From positions 1 to 59,540 of the forward strand of contig JAHIOW010000026.1 of assembly GCA_018895075.1 (NCBI GenBank): a DNA stretch of 59,540 nucleotides. The letters run 5' to 3'. Origin of the DNA: Candidatus Omnitrophota bacterium (lineage in GTDB: Bacteria > Omnitrophota > Gorgyraeia > Gygaellales > Profunditerraquicolaceae). Position numbers and translations under genes: made by a program. The notes beneath the pieces are model-generated. The model was not told where the DNA came from, ran no database searches, and was given only the letters and a program-made list of their open reading frames with translations. Each line of letters starts with the position of its first letter. Positions within the stretch are counted from its first letter, which is position 1. Of the stretch, positions 19,107-29,114 are shown piece by piece.

Positions 19107-21181
19107 TATAATTTCCTGGCTATTTTCTCTATATCGTATGCCTCTATTATATCGCCTTCCTGGAAGTCCTGGAAATTGCCTAAGGCTATCCCGCATTCAA
19201 ATCCATCCGCAACCTCCCTGGCATCATCTTTAAAACGTTTTAAAGTTGAAATTTTTCCTTCAAATATCGCCTGGTTATTTCTTATGAGATTAACTAAACC
19301 GGACCGGGTAATTTTACCTTTAGTTACAAAACATCCTGCAACTGTACCTATCCCTGATACCTTAAAAACCTTTCTTACCTCTGCCCTGCCTAAAAATACT
19401 TTCTTTAACTTTGGCTCAAGCATGCCTTCTAAGGCCGCCTTCATATCATTGGCTAATTCATAAATAATATTATAAGTCCTTACATCAACGCCTTCTTTAG
19501 CCAGTAATTCTTTAGCGCGCTCATCCGCAGCAACATGAAATCCTAATATCAAGGCATCTGATGCCACTGCCAATATTACATCCGAAGCATTTATCCTGCC
19601 TGTAGCTTCATGTATGATATTGAGCTTTATTTCTGAAGTATCCAGCTTGCTTAATATCTCTTTTATCGCCTCCAGGGACCCCTGCACATCTGCCTTGAGT
19701 ATCAACTTTAATTCTTTAAGCCTTCCTTCTTTTATCTGAGAATATAAATCCTGGAGGCTGATTCTCTTTACTGCCCTTAGCTGCTGTTGTTTTTCTTTCT
19801 CTTGGCGTTTTAGCGCTAGTTCCCTAGCCTTCTTTTCGTCTTCAACTACAAAGAACTGCTCCCCTGCCTCGGGAACCCCGGATAGGCCCAGAATCTCAAC
19901 TGGAAAAGAAGGCTTGGCCTCGGTTATCGACTGGCCACGGTCATTAAACATTGCCCTTATCTTACCGTAATATCTACCTGCAATTATATTCTCATTCAGG
20001 CGCAGCCTGCCATTCTGGATAAGCAGTGTTGTTACAGAACCTCTGCCTCTGGTTATTTTTGCTTCTAAAACTACTCCCCGGGCCAACCTTTCAGAATCCG
20101 CCTTTAACTCTAACATCTGCGCTTCTAAAAGTATCATCTCCAATAATTCATCGATTCCCTTTCCGGTCTTGGCTGATACGGCAACTGTGATGGTCTTACC
20201 GCTCCAATCTTCAGCTGCAAGATTAAGCTTGGCGAGTTGTTTTTTGACTTGATCGATATTCGCTTGCGTCCTATCAATCTTATTTATGGCTACAATTATA
20301 GGTACCTCTGCGGCACGGGCGTGATCAATGGCCTCTTGGGTCTGAGGCATAATCCCCTCGTCCGCAGCCACTACTAAGACAACTATATCAGTAACACGGG
20401 CCCCGCGTGCGCGCATAGCAGTAAATGCCTCATGGCCAGGGGTATCTAAAAAAGTAATCTCGCCTTGGGGTAAAACAACTCTATAGGCGCCGATATGCTG
20501 AGTAATGCCGCCGTGTTCTGATTCCACGACCTCGGTTTTTCTTATCGCATCTAAAAGCGAAGTCTTGCCATGATCAACGTGGCCCATAAGCGTAACTACA
20601 GGGGCACGGGGTTGTAAATTGCCAGGCCCGTCTGGCTGATAATGTATGCCTAAAACCACTTCCTCTTCATCTAGCGCCTTTTTTATCTGGTAGCCGTATT
20701 TCTGGCAAACCTTGTTTACGGTATCCTCCTCTAAAACTTGATTTATAACTGCCATTATCCTCATATCCAGCAGGGTCTTAATTAATAGCGATGGTTTCTC
20801 CTGGATTTTTATAGCTAAATCCTTAACGCTAATAGGAAGTTTAAGTTCCAATTCTTTAAGCTTGGACTCAACCTGAACAGGGGTAGTTTGTTTTACTTCT
20901 TCTGGTATCGGCCTTACCGGCGCAACTTCTTTGTGAACAGGTGTAATAAGTATTTCGGGGGCATGGGAAGGTGGCAGCCGAGAAATCCCTGCTATTTTTT
21001 TCTTTTTTAAGCCAACCTTGGATTTTGTCCGGGTTACTTTTCTGGCCTTGGCTCTAATCTTAGACGCTGTTTTTAGAGGGGCCTTGCTGCCGGCGGCGGC
21101 CTTAGCTGCTGTTTTTTTTGGTTTGTTCCTGGAAGCGGTTTTATCTTTAATCTCTGATTTTGATTTATTTAATTTTCTCAT
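19106..21181 (-). CDS. infB: Translation initiation factor IF-2
   Basis: 691 aa. Lys-rich N-terminus; GTPase motifs [17 protein letters not shown]. Confidence 0.95.
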   Translation of the reverse strand: MRKLNKSKSEIKDKTASRNKPKKTAAKAAAGSKAPLKTASKIRAKARKVTRTKSKVGLKKKKIAGISRLPPSHAPEILITPVHKEVAPVRPIPEEVKQTTPVQVESKLKELELKLPISVKDLAIKIQEKPSLLIKTLLDMRIMAVINQVLEEDTVNKVCQKYGYQIKKALDEEEVVLGIHYQPDGPGNLQPRAPVVTLMGHVDHGKTSLLDAIRKTEVVESEHGGITQHIGAYRVVLPQGEITFLDTPGHEAFTAMRARGARVTDIVVLVVAADEGIMPQTQEAIDHARAAEVPIIVAINKIDRTQANIDQVKKQLAKLNLAAEDWSGKTITVAVSAKTGKGIDELLEMILLEAQMLELKADSERLARGVVLEAKITRGRGSVTTLLIQNGRLRLNENIIAGRYYGKIRAMFNDRGQSITEAKPSFPVEILGLSGVPEAGEQFFVVEDEKKARELALKRQEKEKQQQLRAVKRISLQDLYSQIKEGRLKELKLILKADVQGSLEAIKEILSKLDTSEIKLNIIHEATGRINASDVILAVASDALILGFHVAADERAKELLAKEGVDVRTYNIIYELANDMKAALEGMLEPKLKKVFLGRAEVRKVFKVSGIGTVAGCFVTKGKITRSGLVNLIRNNQAIFEGKISTLKRFKDDAREVADGFECGIALGNFQDFQEGDIIEAYDIEKIARKL

Positions 21182-21189
21182 CGCCTGTC

Positions 21190-22359
21190 TTATTTAGAGG
21201 CCAGCTTCTTTGCTTCCTTGATTAATTGCTGCGCCTTCTTTTTACCGATGCCTTTTATCTTTGTTAAACCTTTTATATCCGACTTTAAAATGTCTTCAAT
21301 GCTCGATAAACCCGATTCCTTAAATACAGCCAAAGTTTTCTCGCCTATACCGGGAATCTTGGCTAATACAGCTGCTTTTCCCTTTTCTTTTTCCTTTTCT
21401 TTTTCAACCTCAACAGCCACAGTAGTCTTACTGCGAATATCCAATTCCCAGCTAACGAGTTTAGAGGCAAGGCGGACATTCTGACCGTGCCTGCCAATAG
21501 CCAGTGAAAGCTGGTCATCATCTACAATGACCTCCGCCCTGAGTCTCTCCTTGTCCAATTTGATTTCGGAGACCTTCGCCGGCGAAAGCGCGGCTTTTAT
21601 ATATTCCTTTATATCATCACTGTAACGCACAATATCAATCTTTTCACCCTGCAGCTCATTGACAATATTTCTTACACGGTTACCCCGCATACCCACGCAT
21701 GCGCCCACAGAATCAACTTTTTCGTTTTTAGACCTCACCGCAATCTTAGTACGTTCGCCGGGTTGGCGCGCCATAGACTTTATCTCCACAATACCTTCAT
21801 AAATCTCAGGGACCTCTAACTCAAATAGTTTCTTTACCAGATTCGGATGCGTACGGGATAACATAATCTGGGGGCCCCTGGTATCCCTTTTCACTTCTAC
21901 AACATATACGCGTATAGGTTGGCCCATTTTGAATTCTTCCCTGGGAGACTGTTCGCGCTTCAGCAGGATACCTTCTGCCTTACCTAAAAGGTCAACAATG
22001 ATATTGTTTTTATCAAAGCGGTATACGCCTCCGGAAATAATCTCACCCGCCTTACCTTGAAATTCACGAAATACAACTTCCTTTTCTGCTTCTCGAATCT
22101 TCTGTATTATTACCTGGCGGGCAGTTGATGCAGCAATACGGCCAAAATCTATAGTCGTAATCTCCTTTTCATTTTTAAAGGCTTTTATTTGGCCGGTTTT
22201 TCGATCGAGTTCTATCTTCAGTTTATCATCGGATTTGATATTGACGACCTTGCGCGCTGCAGCCAGAAGGGCGCTCTCTATTGCCTCAATCAAAATCTCT
22301 TTCTTGATGCCTTTTTCTCTTTCTATTTGGTCTATAATGGTTAACAACTCTTGGCTCAT
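21190..22359 (-). CDS. nusA: Transcription termination/antitermination factor NusA
   Basis: S1 and KH domains; rimP-nusA-infB context. Confidence 0.94.
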   Translation of the reverse strand: MSQELLTIIDQIEREKGIKKEILIEAIESALLAAARKVVNIKSDDKLKIELDRKTGQIKAFKNEKEITTIDFGRIAASTARQVIIQKIREAEKEVVFREFQGKAGEIISGGVYRFDKNNIIVDLLGKAEGILLKREQSPREEFKMGQPIRVYVVEVKRDTRGPQIMLSRTHPNLVKKLFELEVPEIYEGIVEIKSMARQPGERTKIAVRSKNEKVDSVGACVGMRGNRVRNIVNELQGEKIDIVRYSDDIKEYIKAALSPAKVSEIKLDKERLRAEVIVDDDQLSLAIGRHGQNVRLASKLVSWELDIRSKTTVAVEVEKEKEKEKGKAAVLAKIPGIGEKTLAVFKESGLSSIEDILKSDIKGLTKIKGIGKKKAQQLIKEAKKLASK

Positions 22360-22396
22360 AAATATCTCCTGGTTGAAAAATTACTCCTAATTTCTA

Positions 22397-22855
22397 CTAT
22401 ACTATCTGTTTTGCCCTTGCAATCTTTAACAAGGGTATCTTAAATTGCCTTCCTTCTGTATCAATATATACTGAATCCTCTTCTACCTTTGCCACTATCC
22501 CTTCTATTTCCCTTTTATCGTTTATTAACTCAGTTAAAAAAAGTTTTACATTTCTATTTATACACCGCAAGAAATCTTTCTCAGTCGCTAAAGGCCTATC
22601 TAAACCCGGAGAAGAGATCTCTAAGGTATACCTTTGCTTTAATATGGCCTTTTCATCTAAAACCCTGTTAATCTCTTTATTGAGGCGACTGCATTCACCT
22701 AAGCTTATGCCGCCTTCAGGCCTATCCGCTAGGATCTTGAAAATCAAATCCCTTCCTTCGTATCTATAAAGAAATTCGATTAAATCTAATCCTTGCTCTT
22801 TTAAATAATTACTTATGAAATCCCGTAATTGAAGTATTGCCTCCTGCCTATCCAT
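22397..22855 (-). CDS. rimP: Ribosome maturation factor RimP
   Basis: EISSPGLDRPL motif. ATG at 22855 lies just after the proS stop. Confidence 0.88.
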   Translation of the reverse strand: MDRQEAILQLRDFISNYLKEQGLDLIEFLYRYEGRDLIFKILADRPEGGISLGECSRLNKEINRVLDEKAILKQRYTLEISSPGLDRPLATEKDFLRCINRNVKLFLTELINDKREIEGIVAKVEEDSVYIDTEGRQFKIPLLKIARAKQIV

Positions 22856-22856
22856 A

Positions 22857-24119
22857 TTAAGACACTCTGTTACACTGAGCAATCTTTTTTACCTGTCTTA
22901 AAACCGCCTGTTTGCTGCCGCTAATCTTTTTATGATTAAGGCGTAACTTCAATTCTATGCTGTTTTTCTTTAAGGATTCCTTACCGATGATTATCTGCAG
23001 GTTAATACCTAAAAGGTCGGCATCTTTAAATTTTACTCCGGCGCGTTCATCGCGGTCATCAAAAAGCGCCTCAATACCGCCTCGGCCTAATTCCCTGTAG
23101 ACCTCAGAAGCCTCTTTCATAATCCTTCTGTCCGTTACATCTAAGGCTAAGATGATTACCTGATAAGGGCTTATCTGGCCTGGCCAGATTATACCTTCCC
23201 TATCGTGGTTCTGTTCAATTATTGCTGCCATTAACCGGGAAACACCTATACCATAACAACCCATAATTATTGGTTTAAGTTTACCTTGGCCATCAAGAAA
23301 ATTTGCGCCCAATACAGAACTATATTTTGTCCCCAGTTTAAAAATGTGCCCTACCTCAATGCTATTTATTGTCTCAAGCTGCACCTCGCATTGGGAACAG
23401 ATTCCTTGTTTTTCTCCTATAGCAGGCCTGGCTGATTTACATCTGGGGCATATCCAGACCAAATCCTCGCCAATATCTGCCGGCACCATAAATTCATGAG
23501 ACATATTCCCGCCCATAACACCCGGCTCTGCCTCTACAGTTAAAATTTTTAATCCGCATCTTTTAAATATCCTATTGTAGGCCTTATGCATTAGTTTATA
23601 GTTCTTATTTATCCCCGCTTCATCTTTATCAAAACTATAAGCGTCTTTCATGATAAATTCATTTGCCCTGACCACCCCAAAACGCGGCCGGATTTCATCG
23701 CGGAATTTTGTCTGTATCTGATATAAGATTAAAGGTAACTGCCTGTAAGAAGAAATATGGTTTTTTACTAAATCTGTGATTACCTCTTCGTGGGTAGGTC
23801 CCAGGCAACTATTTCTGCCTCTACGGTCAGTAAACCTGATCATCACCTGGCCCATGTCTTTATCCCGGCCTGACCTTATCCATAATTCCTGCGGTTGTAA
23901 CGCGGGAAGCAATAATTCAGAAGCCCCGCAGGCATCCATCTCCTGGCGTATTATATCTTGGATATTATTCAATACCCTCAATCCCAAAGGTAAATATGAA
24001 TATACGCCTGCCATTAACATCCGGATCATCCCGGCACGCAGCATCAACTGGTGGCTAATCGATTCTGCTTCCTGAGGCGTCTCCTTTAGAGTCGGTATTA
24101 AGGCCCTTGACCACAACAT
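22857..24119 (-). CDS. proS: Proline--tRNA ligase, bacterial-type core without the INS editing domain
   Basis: Class II motifs (FRDEIRPRFGVVRANEF; GCYGIGVSRL). Only 420 aa; CPRC-x13-CSQC sits where INS normally is. Confidence 0.9.
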   Translation of the reverse strand: MLWSRALIPTLKETPQEAESISHQLMLRAGMIRMLMAGVYSYLPLGLRVLNNIQDIIRQEMDACGASELLLPALQPQELWIRSGRDKDMGQVMIRFTDRRGRNSCLGPTHEEVITDLVKNHISSYRQLPLILYQIQTKFRDEIRPRFGVVRANEFIMKDAYSFDKDEAGINKNYKLMHKAYNRIFKRCGLKILTVEAEPGVMGGNMSHEFMVPADIGEDLVWICPRCKSARPAIGEKQGICSQCEVQLETINSIEVGHIFKLGTKYSSVLGANFLDGQGKLKPIIMGCYGIGVSRLMAAIIEQNHDREGIIWPGQISPYQVIILALDVTDRRIMKEASEVYRELGRGGIEALFDDRDERAGVKFKDADLLGINLQIIIGKESLKKNSIELKLRLNHKKISGSKQAVLRQVKKIAQCNRVS

Positions 24120-24120
24120 C

Positions 24121-25200
24121 TTATCTCCCTATTTCTCTTAATAACACATCCGCGCATTTATTAAAAGGGATTTTCCTTGCGGGTTTACCTTGCTTAAATA
24201 AAAGCCCTTCTTTTTTACCAAAGGCAATTCCTATATCTGCCTCCCTGGCCTCACCCGGACCGTTAACCAGACAACCCATTATCGCAACCTTAAGAGGTTG
24301 CGAGTTTACTGTTAACAGTTTACAGTTAACAGTATTTAATCTTTCTTCAAGGTCTTTTACTATCTTAACTAAATCCACCTCGCATCTGCCGCAAGTGGGA
24401 CAACTAATAATTTCAGGGCTGAAGCGGCGTAATCCCAGCGCTGCTAAGATAGACTTTGCCGCCTTAACTTCTTCTTGAGGCTCATCTGTAAGCGATATCC
24501 TTATTGTATCACCAATTCCCTCTAATAGCAAATTACCCAGGGCGATACTAGACTTTATTATCCCCAGCTCGGATAAGCCCGTAGCGGTTACGCCTAAATG
24601 CAAGGGGTAGCCACAAAGCCTGCTAAATTTGCGATACGCTTCTATTGTATCGAAGATATTAGAGGCCTTCAAAGAAACTACGATATCATAAAACCCGGAT
24701 TTCTCTAAAATCTTTATATAATCCAGGGCGCTTTTAACCATCTTATCTGCTACTGAATGACACTTGACGCTTGACGCTTGACACTTTCTTATTGACCCCG
24801 AATTAATTCCCACCCTTATAGGAATACCGCCTGTCTTTGCCGCCCTGGCTATTTCACGGATTTGCTCTCTCTTGTATATATTGCCAGGGTTTAACCTTAT
24901 TTTATCCACTCCAGAGTCTATGGCTTTTATGCCTAGACGCCAATCAAAATGTATATCCGCCACTAAAGGTATCTTCACCTTAGGCTTAATCTTACTTAAT
25001 GCCTGGGCATCGGCATTATCTTTCACTGCCAAACGGACAATCTCACAGCCAACGCTTTCTAATTTCTTTATCTGCCTGATGGTTCTTTCTATATCTTTCG
25101 TCTTGGTCTTGGTCATTGATTGTATGGCAATAGGATTTTCCCCGCCGATACAAATATTACCTATTTTTATGATTTTAGTCTTGCCTCTTGTTATCTTCAT
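24121..25200 (-). CDS. ispG: 4-hydroxy-3-methylbut-2-enyl diphosphate synthase
   Basis: IAIQSMT, and the CPTCGRC / Fe-S C-terminal domain. Carries two in-frame heptamer arrays. Confidence 0.93.
   Translation of the reverse strand: MKITRGKTKIIKIGNICIGGENPIAIQSMTKTKTKDIERTIRQIKKLESVGCEIVRLAVKDNADAQALSKIKPKVKIPLVADIHFDWRLGIKAIDSGVDKIRLNPGNIYKREQIREIARAAKTGGIPIRVGINSGSIRKCQASSVKCHSVADKMVKSALDYIKILEKSGFYDIVVSLKASNIFDTIEAYRKFSRLCGYPLHLGVTATGLSELGIIKSSIALGNLLLEGIGDTIRISLTDEPQEEVKAAKSILAALGLRRFSPEIISCPTCGRCEVDLVKIVKDLEERLNTVNCKLLTVNSQPLKVAIMGCLVNGPGEAREADIGIAFGKKEGLLFKQGKPARKIPFNKCADVLLREIGR
24303..24337. repeat. Heptamer array (AGTTTAC/TGTTAAC/AGTTTAC/AGTTAAC/AGTATTT), in frame within ispG
   Basis: Counted directly; encodes TVNCKLLTVNS. 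Confidence 0.85.
24761..24788. repeat. Heptamer array CACTTGA-(CGCTTGA)x2-CACTTTC, in frame within ispG
   Basis: Counted directly; encodes KCQASSVKCHS. Confidence 0.9.
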
Positions 25201-25203
25201 CGC

Positions 25204-26283
25204 TTATTTAAAAAAATTGGATATCTTATCCCCGAAGAATTTCATCAGGTCAATATAAGTTACATATACTGCTAATAATATAATCAAACTTAAGCCTGCC
25301 TGGGTAATAATACGCTCGCTCTTTATGCTTAAAGTCCTGCCTCTTACCTTCTCAACAGCCAACAATGCAATATGGCCTCCGTCTAATACCGGAAAAGGTA
25401 AGAGATTAAATATGGCCAAACTCACGCTCAAGACAGCCATCAGATGCAAAACCGCAATTATACCCGCATCTTTTACTTTAGAAGTTATATAGAATATGCC
25501 CAAAGGGCCGGTTACTGATTCGCGCATCGATAACTTGCCGGTAATCATACGCCAGATAGCCTTATAGGTTAGAACAGTCAAATCCTTAGTTTTATTTAGG
25601 CTTAAGAAAAGGGATTCTAAAAGGCCATGCCTTACTTTTATAGTCTCATCATCCGGCGCTATACCCAGTAACCCTACTTTGCGTTTTTGGCCTAATGCAT
25701 CGCTGAATAGTTTTTCCTTTATCTTTACATCTATCGTATGCTCTTTATTATCCCGCAAGATAGAAAGCCCGACCATAGTATTTGTTTTTTTGCTCTGAAT
25801 GGCATCTAATAAATCTTCCCAGGATTCTACTGACTTACCGTCTACGGCTGTAATCTTATCGCCAATTTGTATCCCGGCATCTTTTGCTCCAAAACCATCA
25901 ACTAGGCCGCCTACCTTGGTAGTAAGCGTAGGATAACCGACAAAGAATATCAACCAGAAGCATAAGAATCCCAATATGTAGTTTAATAAAGGGCCAAAGA
26001 ATATTATTGCCGCGCGCTGAATCGGCGGCTTAGCCATATATTCGTAACTTGCGCCTTTATATTCTTCTAGATTATCGCCGGCCAGTTTTACGTATCCCCC
26101 GAGGGGAATTGCGCTGATGCTGTATTGTGTATCATTTTTTTTCTTACTTAAAATCGCGGGGCCAAAACCTAAAGAAAATTTCTCTACTTTTACGCCCATT
26201 TTTTTGGCAATGATAAAATGTCCAAATTCATGGACTACTATCAATATGCCTAATATAAAAAGAAATACAATTAAGGAAGTCAT
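25204..26283 (-). CDS. rseP: RIP metalloprotease RseP (M50 site-2 protease)
   Basis: HEFGHF zinc motif, PDZ domain, multiple TM segments. Confidence 0.92.
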   Translation of the reverse strand: MTSLIVFLFILGILIVVHEFGHFIIAKKMGVKVEKFSLGFGPAILSKKKNDTQYSISAIPLGGYVKLAGDNLEEYKGASYEYMAKPPIQRAAIIFFGPLLNYILGFLCFWLIFFVGYPTLTTKVGGLVDGFGAKDAGIQIGDKITAVDGKSVESWEDLLDAIQSKKTNTMVGLSILRDNKEHTIDVKIKEKLFSDALGQKRKVGLLGIAPDDETIKVRHGLLESLFLSLNKTKDLTVLTYKAIWRMITGKLSMRESVTGPLGIFYITSKVKDAGIIAVLHLMAVLSVSLAIFNLLPFPVLDGGHIALLAVEKVRGRTLSIKSERIITQAGLSLIILLAVYVTYIDLMKFFGDKISNFFK

Positions 26284-26287
26284 ATAA

Positions 26288-27442
26288 TTATCCTAACCGG
26301 TTAACTACTCTAAGGGCCTCTTCTCTGGCCCAATTATCTGCCTCCAAGATATCTCCTAACCCAGGCTGCTTGATATTTTTATGCCTGTTCAGGACGCGCT
26401 CAATAACCTCAGGGATAGAAATAAACTCAAGCCTCCCTTTTAAAAACTCATCTACGCTGGCTTCATTAGCAGCATTCAGAACTGCCGGCATAGTCCCCGC
26501 CTCACTGGCTGCCCTATAAGCTAATGCTAAACAAGGAAATTTCTTAAAATCCGGCTTTTCAAATTTAAGCTCCTTTAGCTTAAAGAAATCGATACCGGGA
26601 AGCGCTGTAGGCAGCCTCTCGGGGTAAGAAAGGGCATATTGTATGGGAATACGCATATCAGTAACTGATAATTGCGCTAGAATTACTCCGTCTATAAATT
26701 CAACCATAGAATGGATTATGGCTTGGGGATGTATAAGTATTTTTATCTTATCTAATTCTACATCAAATAGAAACATTGTTTCTAATACCTCCAGCCCCTT
26801 ATTCATTAAGGTTGCAGAATCAACGCTGATTTTTTTACCCATCTTCCATTTAGGGTGCCTTAGAACCTGGGCGATAGAGATATTCTGGAGGTCTTTTTTA
26901 TTCTTCTCTCTAAACGGGCCCCCTGAAGCAGTCAGATAAATATTCTTTAATCTCTCCTTATCTTGGCCGTCTAAACACTGCCATATAGCTGACTGTTCGC
27001 TATCTATGGGTATAATCTTTACCTTTTTCTTTCCTGACTTGTTCATAATGATGGAACCCGCCATAACCAATGCCTCTTTATTGGCTAAGATAATGGTCTT
27101 TTCGCTCTCTATTGCCTTTAATAAGGGCGGCAGGCCCCCTGAACCGCTTATCGCCAATACAATCTCATCTGTGCGTTTCTGCCCAACCAACTCTTCTAAA
27201 CCGTCTTCTCCCATAAAGAGTTTGATCTTGGGGCTGATTTTAGGCTTTAGATTAACAGCCGCCTTTTGGTCTCTAACGCAAACGAATCGGGGATGAAATT
27301 CTTTTATCTGCTGATATAAAATATCAATATTAGAATTTGCGCTTAAACCGACGATAGAAAATCTATCGGGGAATTGTTTTATTACTTGCAGGGTATTCTG
27401 TCCTATCGAACCGGTTGAGCCTAGGATAGTGATGTTTTTCAT
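26288..27442 (-). CDS. dxr: 1-deoxy-D-xylulose 5-phosphate reductoisomerase
   Basis: ILGSTGSIG N-terminus; full-length Dxr. Confidence 0.94.
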   Translation of the reverse strand: MKNITILGSTGSIGQNTLQVIKQFPDRFSIVGLSANSNIDILYQQIKEFHPRFVCVRDQKAAVNLKPKISPKIKLFMGEDGLEELVGQKRTDEIVLAISGSGGLPPLLKAIESEKTIILANKEALVMAGSIIMNKSGKKKVKIIPIDSEQSAIWQCLDGQDKERLKNIYLTASGGPFREKNKKDLQNISIAQVLRHPKWKMGKKISVDSATLMNKGLEVLETMFLFDVELDKIKILIHPQAIIHSMVEFIDGVILAQLSVTDMRIPIQYALSYPERLPTALPGIDFFKLKELKFEKPDFKKFPCLALAYRAASEAGTMPAVLNAANEASVDEFLKGRLEFISIPEVIERVLNRHKNIKQPGLGDILEADNWAREEALRVVNRLG

Positions 27443-28233
27443 CTTAAAATGGTGCTGATATAAAAATAAAATGTCGGGGCAGTAAAAAGTAAACTATCAA
27501 CCAAATCTAAAACTCCTCCCATGCCCGGGATAAGATTGCCTGAATCCTTTACCTGGCAGTCGCGCTTTATAAGAGACTCGGATAAGTCGCCCAGTTGCCC
27601 TAAGATACCTAAAAAGATACCGATAAAAATAAGAGTGCAATAAGATAAATCTAAAAACGGCCTGCTCGCCAATGCGCCTAATACACTGAATATCAACCCG
27701 CCTATCGCCCCCTCTACAGATTTCTTGGGGCTGATATGGGGTATTAACGGTTTCCTGCCAAAACATGTACCTACGAGGTAGGCGCCGATATCGCCTAATT
27801 TTGTAACGATTAATACCATCGCGAAAAGCCCAAGGCCTCCCGGTAGATATCTTATCTTGATTAAGAAACTCAAGAACCAGGAAACATAAATTATGCCGAA
27901 TATAGTTGTAGAAATATCCACCACCACGCCATAATTCTGGCGCCTTCTGAACTGCATCAGGACTAAAAATAACAAGGCCAAAACGATAAACAGGAGTTCC
28001 CATATCTGGGTAACTTTAAAACGAAATAGTATCGAAAGCGGGATGATAACGCCCATACCCATGCCAAAATATTTATATATCTTTATCTCTTTCTTCTCTA
28101 GCATAGTAAAGAACTCGTAAAGCCCGACTATGATAAAGACAGTTATAACTAATCCAATTACCCACTTAATAAATACGCTGGCAATAATAAGAGAAATAAG
28201 TATAACTGAACTAAATATTCTTTTTGTGAGCAT
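27439..28233 (-). CDS. cdsA: Phosphatidate cytidylyltransferase
   Basis: Polytopic membrane protein with the CdsA signature (SxxKRxxxxKDxxxxxPGHGGxxDR-like: SLIKRDCQVKDSGNLIPGMGGVLD). Confidence 0.9.
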   Translation of the reverse strand: MLTKRIFSSVILISLIIASVFIKWVIGLVITVFIIVGLYEFFTMLEKKEIKIYKYFGMGMGVIIPLSILFRFKVTQIWELLFIVLALLFLVLMQFRRRQNYGVVVDISTTIFGIIYVSWFLSFLIKIRYLPGGLGLFAMVLIVTKLGDIGAYLVGTCFGRKPLIPHISPKKSVEGAIGGLIFSVLGALASRPFLDLSYCTLIFIGIFLGILGQLGDLSESLIKRDCQVKDSGNLIPGMGGVLDLVDSLLFTAPTFYFYISTILR

Positions 28234-28251
28234 TTATCCTCCCCAAAAAAT

Positions 28252-28986
28252 CTACCTTTTCTCTTGAGAGTCTATCCCCCCAAACCTGCGCTGTCGCTTC
28301 TGGTAAACTCTTATCGCCTCCTCTAAATCCTGCCTTTTAAAATCAGGCCAGTATTTTTTAGGAAAATATAACTCTGTATAAGAAAGCTGCCAGAGTAAAA
28401 AATTACTGAGCCGCATTTCACCGCTCGTGCGAATCAAAAGATCTGGATCAGGCAGGCCTCTGGTATAAAGATAGTTACTAAAACTTTCCACGTCTAAATC
28501 CTCTAAATTGGCCTTGCCCTCTAAAACCTGCTGGGTAAATTTTCTTACCGCCTCTATTATCTCTTGCCTTGCGCCGTAATTTAAGGCTAAGAGCAAAACT
28601 AAGCCTGTATTACCCCTGGTCTTCTCTTCTGCCTCTCTTATCTTGGCCTGCAATTCTTTGGGAATAGGCTTAGCTCTACCAATCCATCTAAACTTAATAT
28701 TATTTTTATCTAATTTTTTAATTTCCCGGCTCAAAAAATGATTTAAGAAGCGCATGAGCATGTCTACTTCTTTCTTGGGCCTTACCCAATTTTCCGCAGA
28801 GAAAACAAAGAATGATATTACTTTAATCCCTAAATTACCTGCTGCTTTTATGATTTCTCTGACCCTATTAATCCCTACCCGGTGCCCTGCTATCCGGGGC
28901 AGGCCCTTCTCCTTTGCCCAACGGCCATTTCCATCGATGATTATCGCAACGTGCCTAGGAATATTATTCTGATCTAACATGCTCAT
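28252..28986 (-). CDS. uppS: Undecaprenyl diphosphate synthase
   Basis: HVAIIIDGNGRWA and RTSGEMRLSNFLLWQ motifs. Confidence 0.94.
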   Translation of the reverse strand: MSMLDQNNIPRHVAIIIDGNGRWAKEKGLPRIAGHRVGINRVREIIKAAGNLGIKVISFFVFSAENWVRPKKEVDMLMRFLNHFLSREIKKLDKNNIKFRWIGRAKPIPKELQAKIREAEEKTRGNTGLVLLLALNYGARQEIIEAVRKFTQQVLEGKANLEDLDVESFSNYLYTRGLPDPDLLIRTSGEMRLSNFLLWQLSYTELYFPKKYWPDFKRQDLEEAIRVYQKRQRRFGGIDSQEKR

Positions 28987-28990
28987 CCCA

Positions 28991-29018
28991 ATAAAAAAGG
29001 GGATAAATCTCCCCTTTT
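28991..29018 (-). terminator. Intrinsic-terminator-like hairpin (7-bp stem AAGGGGA/TCCCCTT, 6-nt loop) followed on the minus strand by UUUUUUAUU
   Basis: Read directly from the sequence. Lies 97 nt after the coiled-coil lipoprotein stop and ends 5 nt before the uppS ATG. Confidence 0.55.
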
Positions 29019-29114
29019 CCGACGAAAGTGCGTCCCTCTCACTTGCCCCTTCTATTCCATCTTTATGGTCAACAAAATTCGCCTATCTTTAAAAAATATC
29101 TTCTACAATGATGT

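Noticed and set aside
21376-21406. Hexamer-like TTTTCC/TTTTCT run in the nusA 3' region, encoding (KE)n.
   Set aside because: The period is 6, a multiple of 3, which is an ordinary low-complexity acidic/basic linker. It is not part of the period-7 family.
27497-28003. 168-aa minus-strand ORF inside cdsA.
   Set aside because: It is an alternative frame of the cdsA coding region. It is Arg-rich and of nonsense composition, while cdsA carries the family signature.
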